Assembly: GCA_034003725.1 (NCBI GenBank)
Contig: JAVEYB010000001.1
Coordinates: 154,466-218,465, forward strand
DNA: 64,000 bases
From: Candidatus Zixiibacteriota bacterium
Lineage (GTDB): Bacteria > Zixibacteria > MSB-5A5 > GN15 > FEB-12
Direction of reading: 5' to 3'
The position numbers and the translations under genes are program-made. The notes beneath the pieces were generated by a model. The model was not told the DNA's origin and did not search any database. It saw nothing but the letters and a program-made list of their open reading frames with translations. Of this stretch, positions 1 through 9,200 are shown piece by piece; the first letter of the stretch is position 1; every line of letters starts with the position of its first letter.

Positions 1-131
1 AGCTGGGAACGATGTCGGCCGGCGACCACGAGGTGGAGTACGATGCTTCGCGGCTGTCCAGTGGTGTGTATTTCTACCGGCTGGTGACCGGCGATGCGTC
101 GCTGAGTCGGAAGATGCTCCTGCTCAAATAA
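1..131 (+). CDS. 3' end of a secreted protein with a T9SS-type C-terminal sorting domain (5' truncated by the window edge)
   Basis: Frame 3 reads ...GDHEVEYDASRLSSGVYFYRLVTGDASLSRKMLLLK*. The same terminal motif ends the ORFs at 27953-32248 and 36890-37993. Stop TAA at 129-131, followed by a hairpin. Confidence 0.6.
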   Translation, partial: LGTMSAGDHEVEYDASRLSSGVYFYRLVTGDASLSRKMLLLK

Positions 132-162
132 GTCCCTCTTCCCCTCTCATATAGACCAGGAG

Positions 163-190
163 AAGCCCCGGTTTTCGACCGGGGCTTTTC
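163..190 (+). terminator. Rho-independent terminator
   Basis: 10-bp stem aagccccggt / accggggctt with loop tttcg, running into a T tract. It lies 32 nt after the stop codon. Confidence 0.6.
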
Positions 191-278
191 CCTGTCCGGT
201 ATGCTGTATCCGGTTTGTCCAATATTAAACTTGCACCGGTCTGCGTCGATCGATATAATCGGGGGACGCAGATCAATC

Positions 279-1316
279 ATGAAGAACGATAAGGAATTCC
301 ACGTGCCGCTGAGCCTTCAGGTTGCAGGAAAATCCGATCGTGGTCTCGTTCGCCAGGGCAATGAAGATTCACTTTCGATAGACAAACGCAACAACGTCTA
401 CGCAGTATGCGACGGCATGGGCGGCCATCAGGCCGGCGAGGTCGCCTCGCGGCTCGCCGTCGAGACGATCGAGGCCGCGTTTAACGCCTTCGCGCGGGAG
501 ATGCTCAGCGACCCCGGACTCGCACTCGGCCGCACCCTGCCGGCTCAGGCCGAACTGCTCGTCAAAGCCATACGGCTCGCCAACCGGGCGATTCACAACG
601 CCGCGCGCGCCGATACCGGCAAGGCGGGGATGGGCACCACCGTCGTCGCGACCGCCTTCGAAGCCGATATCATGTCGGTCGCGCACGTCGGCGACAGCCG
701 CGCCTATAAGCTGCTGCCCGACCGCCTCCAGCCGCTGACCGAAGATCACTCCTGGGTGGCCGAAATCCAGCACACCCAGAATCTCTCGAAAGAGGAAGCC
801 GATAACCTGGTCGGCAAAAACATCATCACCCGCGCGCTCGGCGTCAAAGAACTCGTCGAAGTCGATCTCTCGATCGTCAAAGTTCGCCCCGGCGACACGT
901 TTATCCTGTGTTCCGACGGCCTGTGCGGATATGCCGACGACGATGAAATCTTCCAGGTCGCCCATGCCGCCAACGACGACATCAACCGGATCACCGGTGA
1001 TCTGATCCAGATGGCGAACGATCGCGGCGGGATGGACAACGTCACCGTTATCACGATCCGGGTCGCCCACGCCGAGGACTCTCCGCTGCCGGATCTCGAG
1101 AAAATCACCCTGCCGGGCGAGTCGGCGAACCTCTTGTCGCACGAGGACGAGTGGTTGCAGAAACTGGCCGAGGCTAAAAAAAAAGCCTCTGACGATACTG
1201 AGACCGTAGCGCTGGCGGCCGACAACAAGGCCAACCCGCTGCTCTTGATCGGGATATTCGCGGCGTTTATTATCATCGCGGCCGCGATCATCTACCTGAC
1301 CCAGCGACCCCACTGA
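279..1316 (+). CDS. PP2C-family Ser/Thr protein phosphatase with C-terminal membrane anchor
   Basis: PP2C motifs DGMGGHQAGEVAS, GMGTT, VGDSRAY, CSDGL and GGMDNVTVI. C-terminal hydrophobic helix LLLIGIFAAFIIIAAAIIYL. ATG at 279 (MKNDKEF) chosen over the longer ORF start at 201. Confidence 0.85.
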   Translation: MKNDKEFHVPLSLQVAGKSDRGLVRQGNEDSLSIDKRNNVYAVCDGMGGHQAGEVASRLAVETIEAAFNAFAREMLSDPGLALGRTLPAQAELLVKAIRLANRAIHNAARADTGKAGMGTTVVATAFEADIMSVAHVGDSRAYKLLPDRLQPLTEDHSWVAEIQHTQNLSKEEADNLVGKNIITRALGVKELVEVDLSIVKVRPGDTFILCSDGLCGYADDDEIFQVAHAANDDINRITGDLIQMANDRGGMDNVTVITIRVAHAEDSPLPDLEKITLPGESANLLSHEDEWLQKLAEAKKKASDDTETVALAADNKANPLLLIGIFAAFIIIAAAIIYLTQRPH

Positions 1317-1392
1317 CACCGACCGGCCGAAAAGATGGTTGACAAATCAGACCGTGGTTCCGTATTATTAGTGCCTCGAAAAAAGCATAAAT

Positions 1393-1466
<74 letters not shown>

Positions 1467-1579
1467 TTTTTTTAAGGCAATCCCCCGACCATCTCCTCGC
1501 CCCACTTTCCCTTGCCAAACGCCGATCTCCCTGCTATCGTATGTGTGACACACACATCGACGCGCCACAGGAGGGATGT

Positions 1580-1864
1580 ATGGCAACCTTTATCATGGCC
1601 ATGACGATCAATCCGAACGCCAAGAAAGCGCACCCCAACCTGTCTTTCACCGTCTCTGAGACTCTTGACGTTTTCAAACGGAATCACGTAAAGGTGACGA
1701 ACCTGTTCGCCACGCTGGGCCGCTATGACTATCTGGCGGTGTTTGACGCCCCCGATCAAAGTCTGGCGTTTAAGCTCGCCTCGGACATCAACAACTCCGG
1801 CATTCTGGAGACCGAGACCTGGCCGGTTATTCCGTACGAGGATTTCTCGCGCATTATCGGGTAG
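1580..1864 (+). CDS. GYD-domain protein
   Basis: About 94 aa starting MATFIMAMTINPNAKK, with the TLGRYDYLAVFDAPD (GRYD) signature. AGGAGGGA Shine-Dalgarno 5 nt upstream of ATG 1580. Confidence 0.7.
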   Translation: MATFIMAMTINPNAKKAHPNLSFTVSETLDVFKRNHVKVTNLFATLGRYDYLAVFDAPDQSLAFKLASDINNSGILETETWPVIPYEDFSRIIG

Positions 1865-1865
1865 C

Positions 1866-2310
1866 TCACGCAGGGCGGGTCCGTCTTCGAACCCGCCAGA
1901 GATCGGCCGACCCCCGCACGCCACGGGCGCACCGGTCGGCCTCGGCGGGCTGGCGTCCCGAGCATGTTGAAAAAGCCTATATAAGTGCGGTCAGGCGACC
2001 CCGCCTGACCGCACACGCTACACCGAGTAGCCCACCCGTCCCGGGTGGGATTGACTTGAGGTGTAAAAAGTCCCCGTAGGGCGGGTCCGTCCTCGAACCC
2101 GCCAGAGATCGGCCGACCCCCGCACGCCACGGGCGCACCGGTCGGCCTCGGCGGGCTGGCGTCCCGGGCATGTTGAAAAAGCCTATATCAGTGCGGTCAG
2201 GCGACCCCGCCTGACCGCACACGCTACACCGAGTAGCCCACCCGTCCCGGGTGGGATTGACTTGAGGTATAAACAATCCCCGCAGGGCGGGTCCGTCTTC
2301 GAACCCGCCG
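1866..2310. repeat. Tandem direct repeat, 206-bp unit, 2 full copies plus about 30 bp of a third
   Basis: The motif gggcgggtccgtc(t/c)tcgaacccgcc recurs at 1873, 2079 and 2285 (period 206). Copies are about 97% identical. Each unit holds 4 GC-rich hairpins, e.g. gtgcggtcaggcg-acccc-gcctgaccgcac and cccacccg-tcc-cgggtggg. Confidence 0.85.
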
Positions 2311-2747
2311 ACTTCCCACCGTGCGTGCCGTTCGTCCCCGTGCGCCGCGCGCCCCGCACACTTTCCCCATCACATCGATGGAGAAAATGCCCGCACCCCC
2401 TTAGTAAAGACTCCTCTCACATGAGGTGCAAAAACGATGGTACTTGTGTATCGCGACAGATTGTCAAATACCCGGTCAAACATGGGTTACTCCCCTGCCG
2501 GATATCAAGATCGGGGAAAAAGTAAAAAATGGGGTCCCCATAAAAATGACAAAACGAACCTATTTCGCTGTAATCGACACGCGGGCACACTTGTACGATG
2601 ACTTTTTTAATTTCGACACCCCGCATCGGGTGGGACCGTCTTCCAACTTGCCACCCGGCCATCCGCCCGCCACACCGGAAGTGTTTTAGTTGACGCCCGG
2701 CGGCCCGGCGGTTAGTTATCGCCGTCAACCGGTTATATGAGGCATTC

Positions 2748-3332
2748 ATGCGGCAGATTTCCAGCGAAGAACTTTGGGTCTGGGCGATCCTGATCGTGAC
2801 GGGGCTGGTGCTCGCGCTCGTTGTGCGATCCACTCGTCCGGTGCGCCGCGAACTGGACCGTCAGCAGCAACTGACCCGCCAGCGTTTCAAACACGTTATC
2901 GATCCGCTGGCCGGTGATTCTTACTGGGGTTCGGTCCGCCCGCCGGTCTACCTCCCGATTACGTTTCTGGTGATGGGCGCGTTCGCGCTGCGATGGTTCT
3001 TCAACCCGGTTCCGGGAATCTTCTTGCTGGCATGGGCGTGCGTGCTGGGGCTCGCTGTTTACCTGGACCGCCTCAGTCGTCGTCGCGCCAAAAGCGTGGA
3101 CGATCAGACGCCCGACATGGTCGTCCGCTGGATTCGTGTCGCAACGCTGTTCGTGGCGGGACTCGCGATTCTGCTGTTCATCCACGAATTGATGGGAATC
3201 GCCCTGATGCTGGCCGCGCTCGCCATGGTATCGGTCACCTGGCGCGACCATCGACGCCTGCTCGCCGAAGAAGCCCGGCGGCAGGAGGAAAGCCGGGCGG
3301 TCATCCGCGATGTCGGCCGAAGCGCCGGGTGA
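2748..3332 (+). CDS. Hypothetical integral membrane protein (about 4 TM helices)
   Basis: ORF with hydrophobic segments (WVWAILIVTGLVLALVV, ITFLVMGAFALRWFF, GIFLLAWACVLGLAVYL, VATLFVAGLAILLFI..ALMLAALAMV). No recognisable family. An antisense ORF overlaps it, so coding status is uncertain. Confidence 0.45.
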   Translation: MRQISSEELWVWAILIVTGLVLALVVRSTRPVRRELDRQQQLTRQRFKHVIDPLAGDSYWGSVRPPVYLPITFLVMGAFALRWFFNPVPGIFLLAWACVLGLAVYLDRLSRRRAKSVDDQTPDMVVRWIRVATLFVAGLAILLFIHELMGIALMLAALAMVSVTWRDHRRLLAEEARRQEESRAVIRDVGRSAG

Positions 3333-3345
3333 CGCAGGCGTTCGC

Positions 3346-4494
3346 CTACAACCACTTCTTCCGCCAGAACCACACCAGCGACCCGCCACCCACGAGTGCG
3401 ACCAGCACCCAGAACAACGGGTAACCGTAGCGCCATCCCAGCTCGGGCATGTTGAACGGACTGACAGCCCGGTCGAAATTCATTCCGTACACGCTCGCCA
3501 GAAACCCCAGCGGGATGAAGATGGTCGCGATAATCGTCAGCACCTTCATCACGGCGTTCATCCGGTTGCTGACACTGGTGAGGTAGATGTCGAGCATGCC
3601 CGAGACCGTCTCCCGTAGCGACTCTACGGTGTCGAGCGACACAAGGGAATGTTCGTAGAGGTCGCGAAGATAAACCCTCGTCTCCGCGCGGATAAGCGCC
3701 GAGTCGGCGCGTTCCAGCATCCCGATCGTCTCCCGCATGGGCCACACCGCGCGACGAATCAAGGCAAGCGCCCGCTTGACGTCGAGAATGTCGGCCAGCC
3801 GGTCGCGGTCCGCGCCCTGCACCAGGCTGTCTTCGATGTCCTCGATCTGGTCGCCGAGTTGCTCGAACGCGAGATAGTACTGGTCGACAATCAGGTCGAG
3901 CAGCGCATAGGCGAGGTAGTCGCTCTGATGCATCCGCTGACGTTGCCCGAGCCGTTCTATCCGATCCTGAATGGGCGCGAAGATGCTATCGGGGCCTTCC
4001 TCGAACGAAATCACCCACGATCGGCCCCAGACCACGGTCACCTGCCGGGTCGTCAGCAGTTTCGACTCACTGTCGTAGGCGAGCGTCTTGGCCACGACCG
4101 ACAAATACTCGCCGACGTCTTCGAACCGGGGCCGCACGTTCGTGTTGAGCGCATCCTCGATCGTCAGCGCGTGAATCTGGAAGTGCGAGCCGATTTGCCC
4201 CACTGTTCGCGTGTCGTGGACGCCGACCACACGAATCCAGCTGGTGGGTGCGCTGTCCCGGCACGTGAATGTATCGGACGCCTGCACCGCCTGCCGGACG
4301 GAGAAATCGGCCTGGTCTACGTCTACGATGGTGATCGATGCCTCACCCTCGCGCGGCTCGCCCACGTACACGAGCGAGCCGGGCTCCATGCCGACTTTGC
4401 GCCGCGCTGCCGGCCGCCCGGCACGATGACGCTTCTTGCGCGTCTGGCTGTTGAGCGCGCGGGCCGGCTCTGTCGGATCAGTTTCCGGAATCAT
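3346..4494 (-). CDS. corA: CorA-family Mg2+/Co2+ transporter
   Basis: C-terminal YGMNF (GMN) motif between two TM helices. GGAGGA Shine-Dalgarno 7 nt upstream of ATG 4494 (MIPETDP). Confidence 0.85.
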   Translation of the reverse strand: MIPETDPTEPARALNSQTRKKRHRAGRPAARRKVGMEPGSLVYVGEPREGEASITIVDVDQADFSVRQAVQASDTFTCRDSAPTSWIRVVGVHDTRTVGQIGSHFQIHALTIEDALNTNVRPRFEDVGEYLSVVAKTLAYDSESKLLTTRQVTVVWGRSWVISFEEGPDSIFAPIQDRIERLGQRQRMHQSDYLAYALLDLIVDQYYLAFEQLGDQIEDIEDSLVQGADRDRLADILDVKRALALIRRAVWPMRETIGMLERADSALIRAETRVYLRDLYEHSLVSLDTVESLRETVSGMLDIYLTSVSNRMNAVMKVLTIIATIFIPLGFLASVYGMNFDRAVSPFNMPELGWRYGYPLFWVLVALVGGGSLVWFWRKKWL

Positions 4495-5389
4495 GTACGG
4501 TTCCTCCACCGTCCATGGCGACTCGAAGCGGCGCTGATTCGCCCTTCTTCCCCGCACCGATGTAGAGGGTCACGTGCGGGAACGGTATCTCGATACCCCG
4601 CGCGTCAAATGCGAGTTTGAGACGACGATTGAATTCGCGGCCGACTCGCCACTGTTTAATAGGCACGGTCTTGATGCGCGCCTTGATGATCACCGCGGAA
4701 TCGGCAAACTTGTCGACGCCGAGAACCTCGAGCGGCTCGAGTATGTCGTCCTTGAATGCGGGGTCGTTTCGCAGTTCTTCGGCAACGCCTTTCGCGACGG
4801 CGGCGACCTCATCGGTGTTCTCCCGGTACGCGACCCCGATGTCAATCGGGTAATACGAGTAGTCCATGGTCATGTTGGTGACCAGGTCGATCTGCCCGTT
4901 ACGCACGTAGTGGACGCTGCCGGACGTATCGCGCAGCACGGTCATGCGAAGCGTCACGCGTTCGACCAGCCCGCTTTTGCCGGCAACCTGCACGACATCC
5001 CCCACCCGGATCTGGTTTTCCATGAGGATGAAAAATCCGCTTATCACGTCCTGCACCAGCTGCTGGGCGCCGAATCCCACCGCGAGGCCGACGATTCCGG
5101 CGGCGGCCAGGATCGGCCCGATCTGGATTCCAAGTTCCGGAAGTACCATCATCATCGCCACGGTAATGATGACAATGCTGGTCGCCCACCGAACGACGGA
5201 TCTCAGCGTGACGAGGCGTTTCTTGCCCTCCTCTGTCGACTGTCTCGACGCCAGCACCGAAAAAATCCGCCGCACGACGAGTCGCGTGATGAACATCGCG
5301 GCGAGCATCATCAGCAGAATAACAACTACCCGCACACCGCCGGTCAGCAACCAGTCCTTCAACGTCAACCACAGATCCTGTATGTTCAT
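4478..5389 (-). CDS. Small-conductance mechanosensitive channel (MscS family)
   Basis: TM helices followed by the MscS signature AQQLVQDVISGFFILMENQIRVGDVV and a beta-domain. Start set at ATG 5389 (MNIQDLW). It overlaps the corA start by 17 nt. Confidence 0.8.
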   Translation of the reverse strand: MNIQDLWLTLKDWLLTGGVRVVVILLMMLAAMFITRLVVRRIFSVLASRQSTEEGKKRLVTLRSVVRWATSIVIITVAMMMVLPELGIQIGPILAAAGIVGLAVGFGAQQLVQDVISGFFILMENQIRVGDVVQVAGKSGLVERVTLRMTVLRDTSGSVHYVRNGQIDLVTNMTMDYSYYPIDIGVAYRENTDEVAAVAKGVAEELRNDPAFKDDILEPLEVLGVDKFADSAVIIKARIKTVPIKQWRVGREFNRRLKLAFDARGIEIPFPHVTLYIGAGKKGESAPLRVAMDGGGTVHDSGN

Positions 5390-5504
5390 GTCGAGCCTCA
5401 CTTTCTCTGGCAGCAGAGCGACTTGTGCGATCCACATTCGACTATCGTAAAACAAGGGTGCATCGGCAGGTTTGTCAAGGAACTGCGGCAATCGATCGGG
5501 AGCG

Positions 5505-5544
5505 GCAAAAAGAAGCGGGCGGGCGCCATCACGGCGCCCGCCCG
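5505..5544 (-). terminator. Rho-independent terminator after the 5582-6376 gene
   Basis: 12-bp GC stem cgggcgggcgcc / ggcgcccgcccg, followed on the minus strand by CTTCTTTTTG. Confidence 0.6.
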
Positions 5545-5581
5545 TCAGCGGTCACGTTGTCCGGTCAGAAATCGAGCGCGG

Positions 5582-6376
5582 TTACTCGCCCATACCCGGC
5601 ATCGACTTTCCAAAGCTCTCCTTGGTGTAGCCCTCGGGAACTTCGTAAATGCCGGCGGGAGCGTCCTTGGTCGATAGCTCAATCACCTCAAAGGTGCTGG
5701 TCATTTTCTGGCCCATCATGGTGGTGGTCGTGATGGTTCTCACCGGCATGCCCTCGATGGCCTTCATCTTTGCGATCATATCATCGAATCCCGGCAGGAT
5801 GGCGAGCATGGCGTTGGTCGCGGACCACAGCGCCTCGTAGTTGATGTCGACGTCTTTGGTTACCCACATGTCCGAGACGGTGGTCCCCATGGACATCGTG
5901 ATCTCGGCGACATACTTGCGGGTGTCCCAGTCGCGAATTTTCTGCGTTGAATCGGTCGGGGTAACGGTCATCTTGACTTCGCCCATCATCTGTTTCATCA
6001 TCTCTTTAGCCTGAGCGAGCTGAGCGTCGTCGGAGTCTTCCGCAGCCTCGGCCATTATGGAATCGACCATGTCATTGAAATTGACCGGCAGTTCCGTGTA
6101 CTTCTTGGCGCCGTGATCGATCATGTACATCTTGCCAAGATCAGCGCGAACGATAATCGACGTGTTGTCGCCGGTCAGCGACGCCACTTTGTCACTGGTG
6201 ACCCATACCGAACCGGTATCGGTCCGCGCAGGCTGGGTCTGTCCCATCATCTGCAATTCCGGCGTATGATGCACCTGCACCATGTAGATGTCGGCCGATG
6301 CGGCACCGGCCAGGGCGCAGATCAGCGCCGCAAACATGGCAACGCGCACAACTACGGTTCCCGTAAAGCGTGACAT
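5582..6376 (-). CDS. Secreted Met-rich protein, possibly DUF4412/LolA-like fold
   Basis: Signal peptide MSRFTGTVVVRVAMFAALICALAGAASA. GGAGGAA Shine-Dalgarno before ATG 6376. About 26 Met in 264 aa, in clusters such as EMMKQMMGEVKM, TMMGQKM and SMPGMGE. Confidence 0.6.
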   Translation of the reverse strand: MSRFTGTVVVRVAMFAALICALAGAASADIYMVQVHHTPELQMMGQTQPARTDTGSVWVTSDKVASLTGDNTSIIVRADLGKMYMIDHGAKKYTELPVNFNDMVDSIMAEAAEDSDDAQLAQAKEMMKQMMGEVKMTVTPTDSTQKIRDWDTRKYVAEITMSMGTTVSDMWVTKDVDINYEALWSATNAMLAILPGFDDMIAKMKAIEGMPVRTITTTTMMGQKMTSTFEVIELSTKDAPAGIYEVPEGYTKESFGKSMPGMGE

Positions 6377-6590
6377 GTGATTCCTCCAGAGCGCCTGTGA
6401 AGCGCGTCTCAAACAGGCGACCATGCGGTCGCCCTCGGTGATTAAAGAGTTACGTTCTGTTCGTCCGTCAATTATGCGGATCCTTCCCGAGAGCCCGGAT
6501 AGAATAGGTGAGACGCCCGGATGATACAAGCAAAAAGTCGCAATGAACGGATATATGAGATTAAACTTCACTCGTATGCGGACAGGCGCC

Positions 6591-6623
6591 GAAAAAAAAA
6601 ACGGCGGAGAAGTTCTCCGCCGT
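6591..6623 (-). terminator. Rho-independent terminator of the MCP gene
   Basis: 10-bp stem acggcggaga / tctccgccgt with a 3-nt loop, followed on the minus strand by a run of 9 T. Confidence 0.7.
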
Positions 6624-6648
6624 GTAAATGCACTTTCGGGTATACCGA

Positions 6649-8775
6649 TCAGGCCTTGATACGGAATTTCTCCACCATGCGATTGAGGCCGTCGGCCTGT
6701 CGACTCAGTTCTTCGGCTGCGGCGGCCGACTGTTCGGCACCGCGAGCGGTTTCTTTGGTGACCGAGGAAATGTAGTCGATGTTTTTCAGGACACCCTCGG
6801 CGGAGGCCGACTGCTCTTCGGTGGCAGTGGCGATCTGCTGAATCATCGCCATGACTTCCTGTGTCATCGTGACGATCTCGTTGAGGCTGGCGCCGGCCTG
6901 GTCGGCCAGTTGACGACCGGTTTCCACTTCCTTGATACCGGACTCCATCGACGACACGGCGTCGCCGGTCTGGTTCTGAATGCCTTTGATCATTTCAGTG
7001 ATCTGGCCCGTTGCTTTGCCGGTACGCTCGGCGAGTTTGCGGACTTCGTCGGCCACGACGGCGAATCCTCTTCCCTGCTCACCGGCCCGCGCGGCTTCGA
7101 TCGCCGCATTGAGCGCAAGCAGGTTGGTCTGGTCGGCGATGTCGTCGATCACATCGATGATTTCACCGATCTTGTCGGCAGCCTCAGCGAGCTGGCCGAT
7201 AGACCCGGCGGACTGCCGCACGACTTCGGCAATCTTGTGCATGCCGTTGATTGTCTCACTGACAATACACCCGCCCTGCGAGGCGTTGTCGGAGGCGCGC
7301 TTGGAGGCCTCTGAAACGGAGCCGGCGTTTTTGGCGGACTCCGCTATGGCCGCGTTCATCTCTTCAATCGCCGCGGAGACCTGTCCGACCTGGTCGGACT
7401 GGTCTTTGGCGCCACGGGGCATTTCCTCGGAGGACGACGCGATCTCGGTTGCCGCGCTGACCAGTTCCTGGGCATTCTGAGACAGTTGGCGGATCATATC
7501 GGTGAAGTTGGCCAGCATTTTCTTGAAAGCGTGGCCGAACGTGTCTTTATCCGAGCGGGGTTCCACGGTGACGGTGAGATCGTTGGCGGCGATTCTCTCC
7601 GCGGCGGCTGCCGCACCCTGCAGATAGTTGATCATGGCGTTAAACGACCTCGCGAGCACGCCAATCTCATCCTTGGAGTTGATATGGACGGTGCGGGAGA
7701 GGTCGCCCTGCGCCATAGATTCGGCGATGCGGGCTACTTCCTTGATCGGACCGGCAATCGACCGGGCCATAAAAAAGCCCGCTATCAGCGAGACGACCAG
7801 ACAGATGATGCCCAGCAGGAGAATGGAGTTCCGGACGGAGTTGGCCGGGGCGGTGAATTCATCGAGATAGCTGCCAACACCTATAATCCAGTCCCATTCG
7901 GGGAAGTACGCGTAAGCAACGATTTTGGTGCGCGCTTCCGTCTCACCCAGTTCCTTGTTGATCCAGTCGTAGTACACCCATCCGATTTCATCCGCGGCCA
8001 GGGTGGGCGCCTTCGCCACCATTTCCTTGGCGAAATCATGCGTGGTCAAGTCGGAACCTTCTTTTGCCGGGTGAATCTGCAGGATGCCCTGTGAGTTCAT
8101 CGTGTAGATGTACCCGGTCTTGCCGACTTTCTCTCTCAGCAGGGCGGTACGCAATGTGGCGGACCGCTCCTCGACGCCGACGAAGTAACAGCCGACGACG
8201 CTTCCGGAGACGTCGCGAATCGGCTCGTAGGCGGTGACAAGCCAGCGATCCACGACAAAGGCGCGCCCGTTGAACGACTTGCCATCACGTATGACGGCGT
8301 CGTAGACTTCCTGCGACAGGTACGTTCCCACGGCACGCTTGCCCTGATTGTCGACAACGCTGGTGGAGATCCGCCGGGCCCGGTTACCGTCTTTCATAAA
8401 GATCGTGCAGTAAGCACCGGTGTTCTGGTTGACCCAGTCGACGAATTCCGTGTTGTCATTGACCGTCCAGCCGGTCCCGATACCGCCGGCATACATGATG
8501 CCGTCCTGCAGCACGACACTGCTGCCGCCGCGCGCATCGAATACCTTGCGCGTGGAGGACAACAGGCCCTGCACGGCGGATTTGGACTGCTCTGCGCTGA
8601 CCTGGCACAGGTTCTTGGCCATGGCCGTCATGTGCGCGAGATCGTTCTGGGCGAGTTCGGTCAAGTACTTCTCGGACTGATACACGCTGATCATGGTCAC
8701 ACCCGCCATCGAAATGACCAGGATGACGAACATCATCAGCATGAGCTTTTGGGTGAGTTGAAAACTGAGTTTCAT
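6649..8775 (-). CDS. Methyl-accepting chemotaxis protein with a periplasmic Cache-like sensor and HAMP domain
   Basis: The signalling hairpin [37 protein letters not shown] is diagnostic. Two TM segments flank a periplasmic domain of about 290 aa. HAMP ([18 protein letters not shown]). AAGGAG Shine-Dalgarno before ATG 8775 (MKLSFQL). Confidence 0.9.
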   Translation of the reverse strand: MKLSFQLTQKLMLMMFVILVISMAGVTMISVYQSEKYLTELAQNDLAHMTAMAKNLCQVSAEQSKSAVQGLLSSTRKVFDARGGSSVVLQDGIMYAGGIGTGWTVNDNTEFVDWVNQNTGAYCTIFMKDGNRARRISTSVVDNQGKRAVGTYLSQEVYDAVIRDGKSFNGRAFVVDRWLVTAYEPIRDVSGSVVGCYFVGVEERSATLRTALLREKVGKTGYIYTMNSQGILQIHPAKEGSDLTTHDFAKEMVAKAPTLAADEIGWVYYDWINKELGETEARTKIVAYAYFPEWDWIIGVGSYLDEFTAPANSVRNSILLLGIICLVVSLIAGFFMARSIAGPIKEVARIAESMAQGDLSRTVHINSKDEIGVLARSFNAMINYLQGAAAAAERIAANDLTVTVEPRSDKDTFGHAFKKMLANFTDMIRQLSQNAQELVSAATEIASSSEEMPRGAKDQSDQVGQVSAAIEEMNAAIAESAKNAGSVSEASKRASDNASQGGCIVSETINGMHKIAEVVRQSAGSIGQLAEAADKIGEIIDVIDDIADQTNLLALNAAIEAARAGEQGRGFAVVADEVRKLAERTGKATGQITEMIKGIQNQTGDAVSSMESGIKEVETGRQLADQAGASLNEIVTMTQEVMAMIQQIATATEEQSASAEGVLKNIDYISSVTKETARGAEQSAAAAEELSRQADGLNRMVEKFRIKA

Positions 8776-8928
8776 GAACGCGTGCTCCTTTCCATCCCCC
8801 AGCCCGGTCTTTGGCAGGCGGCACTCCCCCCGGCAGTGAGCATACACTTCTCCCGGTGCCATCTCCCGGTGCAAGACCGTTGGCGCCCGATGGGCGCCTG
8901 GAATTGTTTACATCGGTGCTTCTTAGAG

Positions 8929-8955
8929 TTATCGGCCCATTTTCTTGACCCTTCA
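8929..8955 (-). promoter_or_regulatory. Candidate sigma-28 (FliA) promoter upstream of the MCP gene
   Basis: The minus strand reads TGAA-N15-GCCGATAA, against the consensus TAAA-N15-GCCGATAA. That is a perfect -10 element and 3/4 of the -35. It lies about 155 nt upstream of the MCP start, and fliA is encoded in this window. Confidence 0.4.
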
Positions 8956-9136
8956 CTGGGGTGGTGGCCGATGGCCCGGCTCGGCCGGAGTGCCCGAAGG
9001 TCAACGCTTTGAGAAACAACGGATTATAAACGCGCCACGATCGGCGGAAGGAGCGATCAAGTTGTGCATTCTTTCAGCAGAAAGCTAGCCCATTCGCAAA
9101 CGTAAGCGACTCGTCCTGCCGCCTAAAACCTTCACG

Positions 9137-9173
9137 TAATAGAAAACCCGGTCGCGGAGTGGCGACCGGGTTT
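9137..9173 (-). terminator. Rho-independent terminator after the porin gene
   Basis: 12-bp stem aaacccggtcgc / gcgaccgggttt, followed on the minus strand by TTTTCTATT. Confidence 0.55.
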
Positions 9174-9200
9174 GGCGTCGGTTCTGCCGACGTGCGAAAC

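Noticed and set aside
1866-2310. Considered whether the tandem repeat is a CRISPR array or encodes the repeated peptides listed in the ORF track (1472-1924, 1756-2130, 1977-2276 minus).
   Set aside because: The period is 206 bp with no unique spacers between short repeats, and there are no cas genes. The ORFs exist on both strands only because the repeat lacks stops. They have no Shine-Dalgarno and an implausible composition.
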